64,000 bases of DNA, taken from contig JAWODC010000049.1 of the NCBI GenBank assembly GCA_046483495.1, forward strand, positions 1 through 64,000, given 5' to 3'. The stretch is from Desulfobacterales bacterium. GTDB lineage: Bacteria; Desulfobacterota; Desulfobacteria; Desulfobacterales; UBA5616. This document shows, one piece after another, positions 19,636 through 29,414 of the stretch (within the stretch, counting starts at the first letter, position 1; every line of letters begins with the position of its first letter). Both the position numbers and the translations under genes were made by a program. The notes under the pieces were generated by a model. It was not told the DNA's origin, ran no database searches, and saw nothing but the letters and a program-made list of their open reading frames with translations.

Positions 19636-21813
19636 ATGCAGATCCGGCTGAGCGGTCAGATTGACCGCATAACGTATACCAATGAAGAGAACGGGTTTAC
19701 CATTGCCAAAGTCAAGGTGGCCGGACGCCGTGATTCGGTGACGGTGGTGGGAAACCTGCTGTCGCCGTCGCCCGGGGAAATTCTGGAGATGGAAGGCATC
19801 TGGACTTGCCATCCCCGGTTCGGTGAACAGTTCAAAATCGTGCGGTGTAAAACCCGAATGCCGGCGACGATCTCAGGCATCAAGAAATATTTGGGATCCG
19901 GATTGATAAAGGGCATCGGGCCGGTGATGGCGGACCGAATCGTTCAACGGTTTGGTAAAAACACCTTGAACATTTTAGAAAAGGAAATCGAAAAACTTAC
20001 ACGGATAGCAGGCATCGGGAAAAAACGGGTCGAGATGATCAAAAAGGCATGGGCCGATCAGAAAGACATCCGTGACCTGATGCTGTTTCTCCAGTCCCAC
20101 GAGATCGGTGCCGGATATGCCGTAAAGATTTTCAAACAGTATGGAGACCGGGCCATTACCGTTATTCGGGGAAACCCGTATCGACTTGCCATGGACATCT
20201 TCGGTATCGGCTTTGTTACGGCAGACCGCATCGCCTCCCGCATAGGATTTTCTAAAAATTCCCCCAGACGGGTGGAAGCCGGAATAATTTATCTTCTCAA
20301 CCACCTGTCCGACGAAGGGCACGCCTACTATCCTTTGGATTTGCTGGTTCAAAAGGCTGTCGATGTGCTGGACATCGAGGGCGAAACCGTCCTCTTTTGC
20401 CTGAGAAATCTTTCGGCAACCGAAAAAATAGTGATCGAGGAAAATGTGCGGCCCGACGATGGAGGCCAAAGGGTTTACCTGACCGGTTTTTATGTCGCGG
20501 AAACAGGGATTGCCCGCTTTATAAAGGCGTTATCCGCGGCGCCGGCATTCGGGTCCGTGGTGGATGGAAGAAAGGCCGCACAATGGGTGGCATCCCGGCT
20601 TGACATTCAACTTGCCGACAAGCAACTCGAGGCGGTGCGATCGGCCCTTTCTCATCCGGTTTTGGTGCTCACCGGCGGACCCGGAACCGGAAAGACCACA
20701 ACCATCAATGCTCTTTTGAAAATTTTTCTGAGGATGCGGAAAAAAGTCATGCTGGCGGCCCCTACGGGCCGGGCGGCCAAGCGCATGAACGAAACCACCG
20801 GACACACGGCAAAAACGATTCACCGCCTGCTGGAATATTCGCTTCAAAAGGGGGGATTCGCCAGAAACGATCAAAAACCGCTGGACTGCGATATCCTGAT
20901 CATCGATGAAACCTCCATGATCGATACCATCCTCATGTACCACCTGCTCAAAGCGGTGCGCCCGGGAACCATATTGGTATTGGTGGGTGATGTCAATCAG
21001 CTGCCCTCTGTCGGCGCTGGTAACGTACTCATGGATATCATTCGTTCAGGACGTGTACCCGTCGTGGGATTGAATGCGATTTTCAGGCAGGCCCAGGCAA
21101 GCCGCATCATTGTGAATGCACATCGCATTAACAGCGGAAAAATGCCTGAAATCAATTGGGGGCGTGACCGAAAAAGCGATTTCTATTTCATTCACCAGGA
21201 GGATCCCCAACGGGTTCTCGACATTATCCTGGATGTGGTAACGGTTCGAATACCGAAACGATTTGGACTGCACCCGATGAAGGATGTTCAGGTGCTGACC
21301 CCCATGCATAAGGGCATTGCAGGAGCGGGAAATCTCAATGTGCGGCTTCAGCAGGCGTTAAATCCCCGCACCGGCATCAGTATCGGTGGTCGTGAATTCA
21401 GGGTCAATGACAAGGTCATGCAGATTCGAAACAATTATGATAAAGAGGTTTACAACGGCGACATCGGCAGAATTTTAAGAATTGTTCCCGAAAAGCAGGA
21501 TGTTTCCGTGCGATTCGATCAACGAACCGTACCCTATGACTATTCCGACCTGGACGAATTGGTCCCGGCCTATGCCATCAGCATTCACAAATCACAGGGG
21601 TCCGAATATGCCGCGGTGGTGGTTCCCATTTTGACCCAACATTTCATCATGCTCCAGCGGAATCTACTGTATACCGCCATCACCCGCGGCCGGAAACTCG
21701 TGGTGTTGGTGGGCGCGAAAAAGGCGCTCGCCATAGCCGTCAAGAACAATACCGTCCGGAAACGCTACACGTATTTACAGGAGCGTCTGGTGTCTATCCC
21801 TTCACCAGGGTAA
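19636..21813 (+). CDS. recD2: ATP-dependent RecD2-like helicase
   Basis: HPRFGEQF, HhH GIG motifs, GGPGTGKT, APTGRAAKR, IIDE, VGDVNQLPSVG, IHKSQGSE, LYTAITR. Confidence 0.95.
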   Translation: MQIRLSGQIDRITYTNEENGFTIAKVKVAGRRDSVTVVGNLLSPSPGEILEMEGIWTCHPRFGEQFKIVRCKTRMPATISGIKKYLGSGLIKGIGPVMADRIVQRFGKNTLNILEKEIEKLTRIAGIGKKRVEMIKKAWADQKDIRDLMLFLQSHEIGAGYAVKIFKQYGDRAITVIRGNPYRLAMDIFGIGFVTADRIASRIGFSKNSPRRVEAGIIYLLNHLSDEGHAYYPLDLLVQKAVDVLDIEGETVLFCLRNLSATEKIVIEENVRPDDGGQRVYLTGFYVAETGIARFIKALSAAPAFGSVVDGRKAAQWVASRLDIQLADKQLEAVRSALSHPVLVLTGGPGTGKTTTINALLKIFLRMRKKVMLAAPTGRAAKRMNETTGHTAKTIHRLLEYSLQKGGFARNDQKPLDCDILIIDETSMIDTILMYHLLKAVRPGTILVLVGDVNQLPSVGAGNVLMDIIRSGRVPVVGLNAIFRQAQASRIIVNAHRINSGKMPEINWGRDRKSDFYFIHQEDPQRVLDIILDVVTVRIPKRFGLHPMKDVQVLTPMHKGIAGAGNLNVRLQQALNPRTGISIGGREFRVNDKVMQIRNNYDKEVYNGDIGRILRIVPEKQDVSVRFDQRTVPYDYSDLDELVPAYAISIHKSQGSEYAAVVVPILTQHFIMLQRNLLYTAITRGRKLVVLVGAKKALAIAVKNNTVRKRYTYLQERLVSIPSPG

Positions 21814-22600
21814 TTCCGGACCGTTCTATGGCGCGCTGTTCGAAATCTTTCTGGAAACCCGGCGAAAAATTCATATAAGAGGGAATCGGGTAGCGCAGCC
21901 CCGCTTTATGCGTTGCGCTTACCCCGTCAACGAGGATTTCCAGCTTGTCGCAGGGGCAGGAAAACATAACCTCCGAATCCTGGGCTCCGCCCCACACCCG
22001 GTCTCCGTTTCCCAGTATCACCAACTGGGGCTTTTGGGTGATGATCGGTTTTGTAACCCCTTCATGACAGGACCCGGTTCTGCCTGCCGCCGTAAATTCA
22101 AGTGCACCGCCTTCATGGAACAGGTAGCCTTGGATCAGGCGCATGGCCTGTGCCGGCAGGCAATAGATCAGGACAACATCCGGTTCGATTTTGGTTCTGC
22201 ACAGAGGGGATATCACCAGTGCTGAAATCGCTTCCTCCATCGGATAAAGGTAAGGGTAGGATTTCTCCAGGGTTTGCAGGTCCTTTCCGTACAGACCGAC
22301 GGCAAAGTCGCTCAGGTCTCCTCCACCCCCTTTTGTCCGGTCCCATCCGTAAAGGGCTCGCGCGCTCCTGCAGTTGATGTCTTCGGGTCCGATTTTCATG
22401 GTCCAGCCGTAGGTCCGGGCCATGTTGAAATTCTGGCATACGAAATTCTGCAGGCCGAGATCCCGTAAAGGGGTCTTGTAGGAAAAATTCAGTTGCGTTT
22501 CCTCGCGGATCAGGTTTACGGCAAGAGGAAAGGTTGCCGGCCGAATATAGCGTTCCAGCCGCTCTCCCATCGATTGGTATTTTTCAAGTTTTGGTTGCAT
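21794..22600 (-). CDS. DUF169-family protein
   Basis: TFPLAV, FVCQ..MARTYGW, PDVVLIYCLPAQAMRL, GSC, GNGDR pattern. Confidence 0.75.
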   Translation of the reverse strand: MQPKLEKYQSMGERLERYIRPATFPLAVNLIREETQLNFSYKTPLRDLGLQNFVCQNFNMARTYGWTMKIGPEDINCRSARALYGWDRTKGGGGDLSDFAVGLYGKDLQTLEKSYPYLYPMEEAISALVISPLCRTKIEPDVVLIYCLPAQAMRLIQGYLFHEGGALEFTAAGRTGSCHEGVTKPIITQKPQLVILGNGDRVWGGAQDSEVMFSCPCDKLEILVDGVSATHKAGLRYPIPSYMNFSPGFQKDFEQRAIERSGITLVKG

Positions 22601-22920
22601 TTTCTGCGTTTCCTTGTATGAGTTCGTTAGTGTCCGTCCAGGCATCGTAAGCTGCTTGCAGTCTGCGAATTGCCGTATCAGTGGATACAAACGATCCGCT
22701 TCCGAAAGAACCTTGCGGACCAATGCCTTTTCTCTGCTACCATAGGTTCATGTGTTAGGAAAATGAAAAAAGTCAAAAAATGCTGAACCGTTTCCGCTTT
22801 CCATTGAAAAAAATGCGCAGCTGATCTAAACTAATTGTTCAAATCCGAAGTGCATCACTTGCTGAATTGAAAACCCTGCGTTCCGGGGTATGCCGTCGCT
22901 CTAATCAGGATACCCGAATC

Positions 22921-23694
22921 ATGAAAATCAGTGTTGAACTATCCCATGTGTGCTCCCTATCCGACATCCCCGATCATGCCGCTGCAATTGAAGAAAACGG
23001 ATTTCATCGGGTATGGGCGCCGGACACACTGGTTTCGCCATGGGACGCCTGGCTTGCCGCGGATCTCGTGGCGCACTATACATCCCGGGTGAACATCGGG
23101 TTGGGTGTCACCAATCCCTTCACTCGGCACCCCATGGTCACGGCGCAGATGGCTGCCACCCTTCAGGCGGTCAGTGATGGGCGCCTCGCCTTGTCTGTCG
23201 GCAAGGGCATCGGCCGCTTGCTCGAAAAGGCCGGTATTTCGACGCACCCGCGTGCTGTGGAGGAGTGCATCCACATTCTGCGCGGCCTGATATCCGGCAA
23301 ACGGGTGACGTTCCAGGGCGAATTCTTTCGTATCGACCATATTCAATTGCGCACGATTCCTCCCGAGAAAGCCGTCCCGATTTACATGGCGGCCGTAGGT
23401 CCCGAAAGCTGGAAAAAGGCTGTGAATACGGCAGACGGGATCGAAACGATCTGGAGCGATCAAACTGCCGGCATCAAGCAGCGCACCATGAAGGAATCGC
23501 CGCTTCCGACCGCGGCCCTCGTGCCTTTTTCCCTGGCAGAGGAGGCCTTTTTCCCAAACACCCTCGGGTCCTTTAAAGAACTGGCCTACGCGGCAGACCG
23601 GATGAACCGCTCGCGGTTCGATGAAATGATCATCGCCTACCGGGACCTGGGAGATCTGGCATGCGCCAGGGAAATCATCGACACTTATGGTTGA
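22921..23694 (+). CDS. LLM-class flavin/F420-dependent oxidoreductase (short form)
   Basis: GFHRVWAPD, GLGVTNPFTRHP, SDGRLALSVGKG, PIYMAAVGP. Confidence 0.8.
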   Translation: MKISVELSHVCSLSDIPDHAAAIEENGFHRVWAPDTLVSPWDAWLAADLVAHYTSRVNIGLGVTNPFTRHPMVTAQMAATLQAVSDGRLALSVGKGIGRLLEKAGISTHPRAVEECIHILRGLISGKRVTFQGEFFRIDHIQLRTIPPEKAVPIYMAAVGPESWKKAVNTADGIETIWSDQTAGIKQRTMKESPLPTAALVPFSLAEEAFFPNTLGSFKELAYAADRMNRSRFDEMIIAYRDLGDLACAREIIDTYG

Positions 23695-24193
23695 TCGGAA
23701 GAGGCTATTTCGGCGCAGGTTTTTCTTCGTGACTTTTGGTGTCGGGTGGTGGGCGTTTTACGGATTCGTTCAAAGCGTCCCCGCAATCGATGTTTTTCCG
23801 GATTGGGTTGAAAAACTGGCATTCAGATGTCAACAGCGGCTGCTCACACCTGTTACCATCGAGCGCTTGTCTGTGAACGATCCGGATTACGCCGAAAATG
23901 CAGGCGTATATCGGATAAAAGGCGAGGGCGAATTGAGGAAAGTGCCGGACCCGTTTGTCATATTGCATGGCATATTTGCATCGAAGGACTGGCATCCGGA
24001 TGCGCGGCAACTTGCCGACGGTCATGGCAGTTCATCGTTCGTTTATACCGGAAGCGGCCGCAGTTGCCGCATTTTTATTTGGACCGATTCAGCCTGTGAG
24101 AATGACGCGATAGGCCATCATCCGACGCTGTTTTGGTTTGCCGTCGACTGCAGAGAATCCGTTTCGCACGAATCGGCGCCGACACCCCCTTAA
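23687..24193 (+). CDS. Hypothetical protein with N-terminal TM/signal segment
   Basis: ATG overlaps the upstream stop; basic N-terminus followed by a hydrophobic stretch. Confidence 0.5.
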   Translation: MVDRKRLFRRRFFFVTFGVGWWAFYGFVQSVPAIDVFPDWVEKLAFRCQQRLLTPVTIERLSVNDPDYAENAGVYRIKGEGELRKVPDPFVILHGIFASKDWHPDARQLADGHGSSSFVYTGSGRSCRIFIWTDSACENDAIGHHPTLFWFAVDCRESVSHESAPTPP

Positions 24194-24239
24194 ATCGGCT
24201 TCCAGGCGAAAGGCGGCATGAAGAATTGCTCTTTTCGCC

Positions 24240-25046
24240 TCATTTCCCCTGGAATTTCGCAGGCCGTTTTTCCAAAAATGATCGAATGCCCTCTTCCCGG
24301 TCCTCGGTATTGAAGCAGTAATCCTGACCGAAGAACTCCAGCCGCCCGTGAATATCCAGGCTTGTTTCCAGGGCCTGGTAAACCATGGCCTTGGAAACGG
24401 CGATGGCCACCGGCGGACCAGCGGCGATTTCAGCGGCCATTTCGCCTGCGGCTTCCGCCAATTTTCCCGCTGGAACCACCGCATTGACCAGTCCGATTTC
24501 CTTTGCTTCCGCGGCGCTGATCATTTTGCCGCGAAATATCAGTTCGCAGGCTTTGGCCGGCCCTACCAGCCGGGTCAGCAGAAAGGCGCCGGCCGATTCC
24601 GGCGGGATGCCCCGGCGGGTCCATATCGCCCCGAAAACGGCATCTTCCGAAGCAATGCGGATATCGCAGGCAAGGGCGAGGCTGAAGCCCTGTCCGACGG
24701 CAAACCCGTTGACCGCAGCGATTGTCGGCTTGGTCATGTTCTGCAGCGTGTCGGCGAATCGCATCAGTTCAGCGGGGATTCCGGCCAGTTTGCTCAGCGG
24801 TGTCCACTGCTGTTTTGCCTGATCCGAATCGCCCGGCCGCTCTTTTACATCTTCGCCGGCGCAGAAAGCACGGCCCTCCCCGGTGATGACGAGCACCCGC
24901 GATTCAAGATCCTCTTTCAGGGCGTTCAAGGCGTCCTTCAGTTCACGCCCCATCTCGACGGAAAGGGCGTTCAGGCTTTGGGGACGGTTGAGTTTTAAGG
25001 TGGCGATGTTGTCTTTCTTTTCGATGATCAGTGTGTTGTAGGCCAT
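24240..25046 (-). CDS. Enoyl-CoA hydratase/isomerase
   Basis: LNRPQSLNAL, AFCAGED, AAVNGFAVGQG, LACDIRIA, FLEKRPAKFQGK. Confidence 0.92.
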   Translation of the reverse strand: MAYNTLIIEKKDNIATLKLNRPQSLNALSVEMGRELKDALNALKEDLESRVLVITGEGRAFCAGEDVKERPGDSDQAKQQWTPLSKLAGIPAELMRFADTLQNMTKPTIAAVNGFAVGQGFSLALACDIRIASEDAVFGAIWTRRGIPPESAGAFLLTRLVGPAKACELIFRGKMISAAEAKEIGLVNAVVPAGKLAEAAGEMAAEIAAGPPVAIAVSKAMVYQALETSLDIHGRLEFFGQDYCFNTEDREEGIRSFLEKRPAKFQGK

Positions 25047-25076
25047 ACGTGTTCTCCTTTGCAGCGCCCTTATCGT

Positions 25077-25997
25077 TTATAGTTGAAAAAAGGCCATGGC
25101 AAGCGTCATAGAGAAAATGGATAACACCGTGGAGACAACAATGGAAGCATAAGCCAGCTCGGTGTCGCTGTTCAATTGTGAAGATAACACATAGATGACG
25201 CTGGATGTGGGCAAGGTAAAATAAATCATGCCCACGTAAAGGGGAAGGCCGCTGACATCGAACCATCTCAAGAACCCAAATCCCACCACGGGCAGCACCA
25301 AAAGCTTGACGGCGGCGGCGAGAAACGCCTGTTTACGGTGCTGCCGAAATCCGGAAAGCGTCAATCCGCCGCCGATGGAAATCAGTGCCAGGGGAAGGGT
25401 CATGGAACCGGCCAATTCAAACGTATTGTTCAAAAAAGCCGGAAACCGGCCTGCCGTGTTGGCATAAATAATACCGGCGAGGCATCCGAGTATCAGGGGG
25501 TTGGAAACCAGCGCCTTTGCCAGCATCCGGTTTCGCTGACCGGCCGAATAGTTTTTGCCCGAATACCAGATGAGCGTGATAACGGACAGTACATTGATGA
25601 TGGGTATCACGAATCCGATCAGGACGCCGAGAAGCCGGAAACCTTCTTCTCCGGTGGCGTTCAATACGATGGCGATGCCGATATAGGAGTTAAACCGAAA
25701 GCAGCTCTGGGCAAATGTTCCGGCCTGATAATCACCGATCCTGACGATTCGGATCACCGCCAGGCTGATGAGAAAAACGGCCGCTACCGCCAGGATTACG
25801 GCACCGCAGAAGGTCCAGTCGATGTTCACGGTGGAGGCGCCGCCGATTTTCCAGAACAGCAGCAGGGGGAAAAAGGCAAAATAAATCAGCCGGTCGGCCG
25901 CCGCCAGAAAAACGCTGTTGGTCAATCCGATGCGTTTGAGAATCACACCCAGAAAAATGAGTCCGAATACAGGAAAGATACTGTTGAATACGATCAT
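25077..25997 (-). CDS. AEC (auxin efflux carrier) family transporter
   Basis: About 10 TMs, RFNSYIG, NPLILG, PLALISIG, KLLVLP, LPT motifs. Confidence 0.85.
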   Translation of the reverse strand: MIVFNSIFPVFGLIFLGVILKRIGLTNSVFLAAADRLIYFAFFPLLLFWKIGGASTVNIDWTFCGAVILAVAAVFLISLAVIRIVRIGDYQAGTFAQSCFRFNSYIGIAIVLNATGEEGFRLLGVLIGFVIPIINVLSVITLIWYSGKNYSAGQRNRMLAKALVSNPLILGCLAGIIYANTAGRFPAFLNNTFELAGSMTLPLALISIGGGLTLSGFRQHRKQAFLAAAVKLLVLPVVGFGFLRWFDVSGLPLYVGMIYFTLPTSSVIYVLSSQLNSDTELAYASIVVSTVLSIFSMTLAMAFFQL

Positions 25998-26206
25998 CTG
26001 TTTTTTGTGATCCTCCGGCAGTTTCCCTTAGGCACATAAAAACCGACGGGGGCCGGCCGGTATGCCCTTGAATTTATATTTACAATGATTTACGGTAATT
26101 CGGGATGCTTAAGAATTTGAATTCCACCCATACCATATTTGCAGAACATCTTACAAGCAGCAGGCGGATTCCCGCATATGCAACCGATTCATAAAAGGAC
26201 GGCTTT

Positions 26207-26980
26207 ATGACTATTCTGACGGAAAAAAATGATCGCGTTTTCACAATAATTATCAATCGGCCGGATGTTAGAAACGCCGTTGACGGAAAAACCGCCGGTC
26301 TGCTGGCCCAAACCTTCCGGGAATTCGAGGCGGATAACGATGCTGATGTGGCCGTACTTTGGGGGGCCGGCGGATGTTTTTGCGCCGGGGCCGACCTGAA
26401 AGCCGTGGCCGAATCATCATCATCCCACCGCCTGGAGGAAAACGGAGACGGTCCGATGGGACCGTCGAGAATGCTTTTGTTCAAGCCGGTAATCGCAGCC
26501 GTATCCGGATATGCCGTAGCCGGCGGTCTTGAACTCGCCTTGTGGTGTGATTTGAGAGTCGTGGAAAAAAGCGCTGTATTCGGCGTGTTCTGCCGTCGCT
26601 GGGGCGTACCGCTGATCGATGGAGGCACCATTCGCCTGCCTCGTCTCATCGGATTGAGTCGGGCCATGGACATGATTTTGACCGGACGGCCAATTGAATC
26701 GGAAGAAGCTTTGGCTATCGGGCTGGCCAACCGGGTGGTCGATGACGGCACCAGCCGCCGGGAGGCGGAAAAACTTGCCCGGGAATTGCTGAAATTTCCG
26801 CAAAACTGCTTACGTCACGACCGAATGAGCGCCTATGAACAGCACACCATGGATATGCCGCAAGCCATGCTGAATGAATTTCACCATGGTATGGCGGTGA
26901 TCGAAAGCGGAGAAACAAAGGCCGGCGCCGGGCGATTTTTCGGCGGCAGAGGGCGCCATGGAAATTATGAGGATATTTAA
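26207..26980 (+). CDS. Crotonase/enoyl-CoA hydratase family protein
   Basis: RPDVRNAVD, FCAGADLK, YAVAGGLELALWCD, CRRWGVPLIDGGT. Confidence 0.92.
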   Translation: MTILTEKNDRVFTIIINRPDVRNAVDGKTAGLLAQTFREFEADNDADVAVLWGAGGCFCAGADLKAVAESSSSHRLEENGDGPMGPSRMLLFKPVIAAVSGYAVAGGLELALWCDLRVVEKSAVFGVFCRRWGVPLIDGGTIRLPRLIGLSRAMDMILTGRPIESEEALAIGLANRVVDDGTSRREAEKLARELLKFPQNCLRHDRMSAYEQHTMDMPQAMLNEFHHGMAVIESGETKAGAGRFFGGRGRHGNYEDI

Positions 26981-27076
26981 CATGCGGAATATATTGCCGT
27001 CTGCAGGATGGGAATGGTAAACTGGTGAAATCGAAGGCAAGCCTCATTTTCAACGTTAAGTGAAGGAGGACTTAAT

Positions 27077-27931
27077 ATGTCGGCCAGAAAAGCAATCCTG
27101 GCGGGGAGCTGGTATCCCGCAGGGGCCTCGGCCTGCCGGCGGGAAATCGAACGGTACGTGCAAGATGCTGCCTATACGCCGGATCCGCAAAAACAGTACA
27201 AAGGCGGCATCGTTCCACATGCCGGATGGCATTTCTCCGGGAGTATCGCCTGCAACGTTATCGACAGCCTGAAACATAAATCCTCGATCGATGTTTTCGC
27301 CGTCTTTGGTATGCATCTTCATCCCCGGTCTCCGAATTATATCATGACGGAGGGGGCGTGGGAAACGCCGCTGGGTGATATAGAAATCGAATCACGGCTG
27401 GCGGTCGAACTTTCAAAACGGTTTCCCTTCACCGTCGAAACCGGCGATTGGCATACGCAGGACAATACGATCGAAGTGCAGCTTCCGTTTATCAAGTATT
27501 TTTACCCGGAGGCCCGTCTGGTTCCCATCGGTGTTTCGCCGGCGCCGTCTTCCCTGGACATCGGGCGGACGATCGTTCAGCTGTCGAAGGCGTTCGGTCT
27601 TTCCATCAAGGTCCTCGGCTCTACGGATCTGACCCATTATGGGGCGAATTACGGTTTTTCGCCCCATGGCGTGGGGGAACAGGCGTTGAATTGGGTGGTG
27701 CGGGAAAACGATGCCGCTGTTATCGAGGCGATGGAAGCCATGGACCCGGCCAAAGTGATCGAAGAGGCGCTCGAACACCATAATGCCTGCTGTGCCGGCG
27801 CCGCCGCATCGGCCATTGAAGCCGCGAAAACACTGGGGGCATCCAGCGCCGAACAGGTTCGGTACGCCACCAGTTACGAAAAAAGTCCTGGAGAGAGTTT
27901 CGTGGGATATGTAGGTATCGTTTTTTATTGA
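27077..27931 (+). CDS. amrB: AmmeMemoRadiSam system protein B (MEMO1 family)
   Basis: AGSWYP, PHAGWHFSG, WETPLG, IEVQLPFI, STDLTHYG, VGYVGI; AAGGAGG RBS. Confidence 0.9.
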   Translation: MSARKAILAGSWYPAGASACRREIERYVQDAAYTPDPQKQYKGGIVPHAGWHFSGSIACNVIDSLKHKSSIDVFAVFGMHLHPRSPNYIMTEGAWETPLGDIEIESRLAVELSKRFPFTVETGDWHTQDNTIEVQLPFIKYFYPEARLVPIGVSPAPSSLDIGRTIVQLSKAFGLSIKVLGSTDLTHYGANYGFSPHGVGEQALNWVVRENDAAVIEAMEAMDPAKVIEEALEHHNACCAGAAASAIEAAKTLGASSAEQVRYATSYEKSPGESFVGYVGIVFY

Positions 27932-27968
27932 CGATCTAATTCCAAACACCAGGGTGCCGAAAATCACA

Positions 27969-28130
27969 AGCCCTGTTGAACGGTCGACGGAACCTCTATG
28001 GATTATATTTTAATCGCCGCTTGGTATCGAATCCGGAAGAAAACATCGCGCGGTCCCCGGCCGCGCGATTCCGGAACAAATACCACAGGCATGGGGACAG
28101 CTGAGCATGAACATCCGTCTTTAACGGCGT
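27969..28130 (+). ncRNA. Candidate structured RNA (rod with central bubble, 6S-like architecture); family unassigned
   Basis: Nested complementary segments: GTTGAA/TTTAAC, GACGGA/TCCGTC, TGGTAT/ATACCA, TCCGGA/TCCGGA, ATCGCGCGG/CCGCGCGAT. Confidence 0.3.
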
Positions 28131-28258
28131 AACAATCACAATCCCTTTTCCTTGTCAAGAATTTTTATCGAGGCTTTTTCTCCCCTGAATATACCGCAAT
28201 ACGAAGAATATAGTGATGTCCGTAGAAGTTATCTGTCTACAAAATAATGCGTTTCGAT

Positions 28259-29389
28259 CTAAGTGCCTTCCGGAAACACCTGGCCTCTATATTCACCAAG
28301 GCGCTGTTTGCGTTCGGCCAGGCCGGGGCGTGCAAATTGCGGATGTCCTTCTTTGCGGGTCCTGCCGTTTTTAATGGCTTCGGATCGCAGTCGCCGTCCG
28401 ATCGTCCGTTCCATTTGCCGGCCGAGCCGGAGAATGCGGTCGACATCATATCCATGCTCGATTCTCATTTCATCGATCTGGACCAGCAAGTCCTCTAATG
28501 TAACTAATCCGACGTATTGGGGGTCTTCATAGTAATAGTCTCCCGTACCCCCAACCGGGCAATCGTCCATAAAATTGCTGGGCTGTCCTCCCAACCCTCC
28601 CAGGGTGCCTTCGAAATGGGTGATGCCTGCCTGAAGAGCGGCCAATACAGACGCCGAACCGATGCGCTTGGTTTCGTGAAAGTGGGCGATGTGCAGGCGG
28701 GGATCCGGCATTTCATCCAAAATCATGGAGAAATAGCGGTACACGTCCGGAGCAGATGCACTGCCGTCATGATCGGCATGTTCGACATCATGAGCGCCGA
28801 TGTCCAGCCACCGTTTCGTAAAGTCGACGGCATCCTTCAGATCGGTTGCACCGCCGATCGGACTTCCCCATATGGTGCTGACGGTCCCGCACATGACAAG
28901 GCCCGCGTTTGTGCATTTGTTGATGCACCGCTCAGCCTCTTTCCAATATTCCGGCAGGGTGGTGCCTGAATTGGCAAAATGGTGCTGCTCCTCGGTGGAG
29001 ACCATCATTAATAACCGGTCCGGACCAACGCCTCTTTCTTTCAGTGCGATGGCCCGATCCACGGATTTTTCACGAATCGTAACGCAGGTCAGGGTGATGT
29101 CGTTATATTCGATGCCGTTTTTCCTGCATTTGGTTTTGAAGCGGTCTCCTCGAAGATGGGCCAGAAGCTCCTCTGCATCCGTGAACTGGGGCATGATGTA
29201 AGGATTTCCAAGATTTGTAACCTCTATATCACGGCATCCGGCCATGATAAGCTCTTCAAGATAATATATCTTGGCCCGGGTGGATATGAATTTTTCTTCA
29301 TGCTGGAACCCGTCTCGAACCGTTATATCCCCGACGGTGACCCGTTTGGGCATACGCGGGAAAATGTTCCAAAAATCATACTCGGTCAT
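28259..29389 (-). CDS. HMG-CoA lyase family (DRE-TIM metallolyase)
   Basis: DITVRDGFQHE, ADHDG, HFHETK, GGLGG; lies in a leucine-catabolism context; start at ATG 29389. Confidence 0.85.
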   Translation of the reverse strand: MTEYDFWNIFPRMPKRVTVGDITVRDGFQHEEKFISTRAKIYYLEELIMAGCRDIEVTNLGNPYIMPQFTDAEELLAHLRGDRFKTKCRKNGIEYNDITLTCVTIREKSVDRAIALKERGVGPDRLLMMVSTEEQHHFANSGTTLPEYWKEAERCINKCTNAGLVMCGTVSTIWGSPIGGATDLKDAVDFTKRWLDIGAHDVEHADHDGSASAPDVYRYFSMILDEMPDPRLHIAHFHETKRIGSASVLAALQAGITHFEGTLGGLGGQPSNFMDDCPVGGTGDYYYEDPQYVGLVTLEDLLVQIDEMRIEHGYDVDRILRLGRQMERTIGRRLRSEAIKNGRTRKEGHPQFARPGLAERKQRLGEYRGQVFPEGT

Positions 29390-29414
29390 ATGGCGTTCCT
29401 TTCGATAGGCCGTA

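Noticed and set aside
28024..28048. TCCGGAAG resembling the SRP RNA domain IV loop
   Set aside because: Flanks lack the conserved CAGG...AGCAG internal-loop bases
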